Below are positions 58,694-64,000 of a stretch of DNA of 64,000 bases, piece after piece. A model generated the notes under the pieces. The model ran no database searches. It was not told where the DNA came from and saw only the letters and a list, made by a program, of their open reading frames with translations. Origin of the DNA: Eledone cirrhosa (taxonomy: Eukaryota); the NCBI GenBank assembly GCA_964016885.1, contig OZ024743.1, forward strand, positions 174,220,001-174,284,000. Reading direction: 5' to 3'. Both the position numbers and the translations under genes were made by a program. Each line of letters starts with the position of its first letter. The stretch's first letter is position 1.

Positions 58694-59590
58694 TATGCAT
58701 TTGGTGAGGCTGCTAGTCCCAAGTGGAACCCTGTAAATAAATTACTTTTACTTACAAATCAATCTTTCTTTTTATTTCAGAGTAAACTAAGACTAATCTT
58801 TGTAAACAAGAAAAATGCCATGTCCTTGCTGCCATCAGGGAAATGGCCCAACTTGATATGCAGAAAAGGAGGAAGAAGCTTCATAGTGGGCCGATTGTAA
58901 TTTATGGATACATTAGCGGTGTAGTGGTATATCACAGGCAAGCTTCCAAAGAAAAGAGATTTTGTGTGTTGCAGATGTACAGGGGCTGTTAGCAGTAAGA
59001 GTACAAGTGAAATAAACTCTTTCCAATTCTCCCATAGAAGTAGCTTCTGTTACCTATGTGACCTAATTAACAGTAGAGAAGGGTGTTCTGAAATATAGTA
59101 ACCAAAATCAGAACAGGATAAAAACGTTCAAGGAACTACTGAATGGAGGGTAGATTGTATGATACTTGTGAATGAAATAGATTGTTGCATAGTAGTGAGA
59201 CATGGATATTGAACAGAAGACATGGCAAGGTTAGAGAGAAATAGAGTATGCTCTGTTGGATGTGTAATGTTTGCATAAATGAAGCACGGATGAGTTACGA
59301 GAAAAACTAGATATATAACAGTTATTGTGTGCAAGAGAGGAAACTGCAGTGCATGGACACAATGCATATGGATGATGTGATAGAGGTGGGCTTGGGCAGG
59401 AGTGATGAGAACTGATCTCTAGATACTGACTTTCACAAAGAAAAGAAACAAGTGGAAGGATGCTGCACTGGAAAGAACTGGACTAATCCATACAAGCATG
59501 GAAAGACAGGCATAAAAATGATGTTAATTCAGGCAAGTTGCTGTCAAGGAACTACTATCAGCTGTACTTGATGGGGTGTATAGCATAGAC

Positions 59591-59728
59591 CAGGGTTTTC
59601 CAAATTTTTTCAAATGCAGAACCCTTTTTTGTTCAGAAACTTTTTGGGGAACCCCAAAGTCTAATACTGTATATGGTCGTAATAATATACTCTATCTTTT
59701 TTCACGGAACCCACTTTGGGAACCACTG
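59591..59728. mobile_element. hAT-like MITE
   Basis: TIRs cagggttttccaaa / tttgggaaccactg; TSD gcatagac / gcataggc. Confidence 0.75.
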
Positions 59729-62700
59729 GCATAGGCATAGATGATAGGAGTGGTCTTCCTGTCATTAAAATACCTGTGAAATCTAAAGCAACCTTTTACA
59801 TTAATATGTACCAAAAGTAAGAATATATGGGTTTTTTTTTTTTTTATTATTTTCATAAAGGATCATGTAATTTGATAGACTCGATAAACTAAAGTATTAG
59901 CCATCTAATCTGGACCTGTCACCTTTAGGGTCAGTTGTTTTCTATTATATACAGTGAAGTTATACAACCTAATGGTTAGGATATTGGACTCAAGATTATG
60001 AGGTCTTGGGTTTGATTTCTGGATCAGGTGGCAATTTTGTCTTTGAGAAAGACACTTCCTTTCATGTTGCTGTTTGCGATAGTATTGGGGCATCTATCAG
60101 CATTAAAACACCTGAGAAACCTACTATGGAATGCAATTCCAAACTATTGTTTGCTGGGTCCACGGGGCAGCCAGCGCATGGGCCCCCATTTCCTTATAAT
60201 AGTGAGAGATGGAGAGGGAGAGCAAAAGAGTGAAAGACAGAGAACATCAAAACTTATTTACTTATTTATTTGCAGAACAGAAACTGACACAAACTAAAGG
60301 GCAGCTAAACCTACATCAGTGTGAACTGCAAATTTCATTTTCATTTACAGGTTGACAAGCTTTTTAATACTGATGCCATGATACAATGTACCCAGTACAC
60401 TCTGTAAAGTGGTTGGTGTTAGCTAGAGCATCTAGCTGTAGAAATGATACCAAAAGTGGAATGTATGAGTGATATATGGTCCTGTAGGAAAGTAGTAACT
60501 CCAAATAAGATCTGACATGGACTGTAACGACCAATTCAACCCTTGCTAACATGGAAAGTGGACATAAAATGATAATTTGTGATGTCTCCAACTTACCTTT
60601 GGGTTTCTTTATTATTTAAATGTTTTGTTACCATGTTTTTAATTAAATAAGTTTAAAAGTAATCAAGAATTTGGAGGGATAACTTTGTCGATATTAGGCT
60701 GGAGTTTTGAGCATATCCTAACAAAGGTTCTTATATAAATTATGATGGAAGTATTTTTAGATGAATATGAACACTAAAATATAGAACCAGGGGTGGTTTG
60801 GTGACAAAAGGGTTAATGTTTAGAAAGCATTATGGTCTTATATTAGGAGTGGTTAATTATAGAGTTTGAAAAGCTGGAAGTTAGGTTACAATAGTAGAAT
60901 TAACATCTTGTAATAATTTAGAACAAAATATCTAAAAAAAAAGATTTATTAATTCAAATATTTATACTATCTTTACTAGTAGACAGATTGTATTAAACTA
61001 AAGACATTAATTTTTAATGTGATAAATCATAGTGCTGGTTTGTACTTTTCAAGAATGTCTTGTTAATCTGGTTTCATGCAGTACAGGACATTAAAGGTAG
61101 ATGATTTGAAAGCTGGAATGACCTCCAATACACCACAATACTTTCTGATATTGTTCCTGTAATGAGTCATAGAAGGAGCCAGACCTCAGGATGTTGAAGC
61201 TCACAAAGGAGAAGACAAAAGAATGCAATGAGTGAGGTGAGAAGTTTTTGTGGGGACCAATACAAACTATACAAATATGGAAACGTGGATGTAAAAATAA
61301 CGATTATGATGATTCAAATACCAACAACAATCGAGAGGAGTGCATCCTACCTTAGAGTTGTGCTCTGTGAGGTGGAGTGGCTGATACAATAGGTGCCATT
61401 GATTCTTCAGGGCAATGCCTTTGTCATCTTGTGCACGGGGCACAGCTGAAACATACCACCTAGACTGGTGTAGAGTCTGCATCTTCCCCTTTCATTATTT
61501 AATTATTGCAACGGGTCTATAATTTAGTTGAAATTTGTTGAATAAAGACTTTACTAAATCCCTTTGAATTTTTCTTCTTTTTTTTAGGGGGGGGGGGGGG
61601 TGTTGTTGTTTATATTTTCAAAAGTAACTGAAACATACACATGCAGGTAATTTCTTTACATGAGAGTTAACAATCTTCCTCTAAAATAAGAAGAGTTACA
61701 TAAATTTAGTACATACCAATATTGTTGAGAGGAAATAAATATGTTTCAAAATTCTTCAGAAATATCAGTCATTTTCAATTTGGTTCTAATGAGGGCTTAA
61801 AAAGAACTTTTCTCAGAAAATTGAAGACTAAACTTTTAAATTGTTATTGTTTAATTAGCAAAGCAACTTTCCCCTTCCCTTCAAACTGTTGGCCTTGGTT
61901 TCCCAGTATCAGTAGAACATGGACAGCATGCTTTGTTGTATATAGTTACGGCTCTTTGTTCTGAGTTCAAATCCTGCTGAGGTTCGCTTTGCCTTTCATC
62001 CTGACAGGGTCCATAAAATAAAGTAACAATAATGCACTGGAGTCGATTTAATCGATTTTTCCCTTCCCTTCAAATTGCTGGCTGAGTGCCTATATAAGAA
62101 ACCATTATTCACTTGAAGTAAGGGCGGTGAATTGGCAGAATCGGTAGAGCGTCGGACAATATGCTTTGCAGCATAGAGTTATGACTGCATTCTGATTTCA
62201 AATCCCACCAAGGTTAGCTTTGCCTTTCATCCTTGCTGGGTCGATAAAATAAAGTACCAGTAATGTACTGGGATCAATTTAATCAACTTTCCCCTTCCCT
62301 TCAAATTGCTGGCCTTGTGCCTAAATCAGAAACCATTATTATTCATTTAATGAAGTATTTATTTGGAACATTCTGTCCAGCATTTATATGCATGGTCCTG
62401 TAACTTCTGAGGGGGTTGTAGGGGCAGCATATTGACATACAGTGTTTCTAGGGCATTTAAAAACCTGGTGGAGCCCAATTCTCTCCAGGTTTGAATACAG
62501 CAGATTTCTTCCAGAGAAAGATAAGAGAGTGAGGGAATGGAAGTGAGAAAGAGATATAGAACAAGTACTTGACTAGTACTTTTTTTATCAACCTCGAATG
62601 GATGAGAGACAAAGTTGACCATGTCGAGATTTTAACTAAGAGATCTGGAACGAATGCAACAAACATTCTATCGGACGTTCTAACAACTCAATTCACTGCC

Positions 62701-64000
62701 TTGCATAATTATATATCTGTATGGATTATATAGATTTAGTTATCTACTAAATGATTTGTCATTAATGTGGCTAACAATTTTCTTATTTCAGATTATAACA
62801 AATACAAGTAGCAGAAGTGGTCTTTCGAGTAACCAAACCAGAACTAGTCCTGTATGAGTAATGCATCGTTATCTGATCTGGTTTGTCTCACAACGGGATC
62901 ATCATCATCATCATCACCGTTTTACGTCAGTTCTTCCACGCTAGCATGGGTTAGACGGGTTGTCCTGTTGTGGGCAGTGTCTGATCGGCTGACCTTATCT
63001 TGCTCATACAGGAACTGATTCTGGCTTGATTTCTACAGCTGGATGCCCTTCCTAACACCAACCTCATTTACAGTGAGTGCTGGGTGCTTTTTTTCCGTGG
63101 CGCCTACACGTCCACTTTACAGTTTGGGCTGGGTGCTTTTTTGCAGTGGGAGGGGGCAGGGGCATATTGTCTATATGCTTCAGCTTGTACCCATGGGAGG
63201 TCGGGTATTCTGTATCACTGCGTGACGCCAGAGGTCACGGTTGTGTGTCATCGCCTTTGAGAGGTGTAATTGGGTAAGGTCGGCTTTTATCACCTATCCC
63301 AGGTCTTCTTGGGTCTCCGCGGTTTCCATAACTCGTCTAACCCATGCTAGCGTAGAAAAATGGACGTTAGAATAGTTAGTGAGCATTTTTATTTTGTTAG
63401 AGTCTTGATAATCCCACTTACACCGTTAAACCAATATCTGCTAATCTGCTTTCCTACTTTTGCAGACGGCGAATCTATAATAGCAGAATTCGAAACGAAA
63501 AAGCTAGCATAACGCATTATCATATTTATAATATATTACATTTAAAAATACAAGTAATGATATTTATATGAATTTAAAATTCAAACAAAAGGTCATAGTT
63601 TGGTTTAAAATAATAAAAATAGCCCTAATAAATCGTACTTCCTAGATTCTGTATTTAGTTAGCAAGTTTTGTTTTTACAGCCATATTTTCAGTTTGCAAA
63701 CATGGCTTATACGTTACACGTTGCTGCGATTATTAGCTGCATCAAATTCCTGTTAATTCCTTCATAGTGAGTTTATTTTCCCCGTTTCTTAACATTTACC
63801 CTATATACTATACAGTCATTTTATCACCATTTATGTTTTTTTTCGAAATAATATTTAATTCGTTAGATATTTTCTACTTTCTCTTACCGTACCAGATGTT
63901 CAACCCCCGGCGATATTTTAAGAACTTCGCTAATCGTGTCAATAAATATCACATGAATGTATATAATTTTTTTTAAATTGACTTAATACTCCAATGATGT

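Noticed and set aside
61050-61560. Possible solo LTR or snoRNA
   Set aside because: No clear TG..CA ends, TSD or canonical C/D boxes

Overview
Eukaryotic, very AT-rich, repeat-dense genomic DNA. The SINE/RTE repeat families and (TA)n abundance suggest an octopod cephalopod; this is inference. There are two + strand protein genes. The first is a spliced ACSF2-like acyl-CoA synthetase: 14 coding exons traced by hand from 19078 to 51842, all GT-AG and phase-consistent, with the first exon not located. The second is a single-ORF UTP6 gene (56924-58693). The rest is microsatellites, two intronic satellites, tRNA-head SINEs, RTE/CR1/L1-Tx1 LINE fragments, a non-autonomous Helitron and hAT/Tc1/piggyBac-like MITEs. 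Nearly all short ORFs in the track are repeat artefacts. Five observations stand out. (1) The first 9.5 kb is a nested complex of kb-scale inverted repeats, and one arm has a strand-specific patch of 13 A-to-G changes in 176 bp that resembles ADAR hyper-editing, or an assembly artefact. (2) Asymmetric fold-back inserts recur in (TA)n tracts, and one family carries a minimal hammerhead-ribozyme motif (Penelope/retrozyme-like). (3) A diverged copy of an ACSF2 exon sits inside a SINE. (4) An RTE insertion is 5'-inverted and has a TSD. (5) An orphan ORF has 15-aa basic repeats. All alignments and counts were done by eye.
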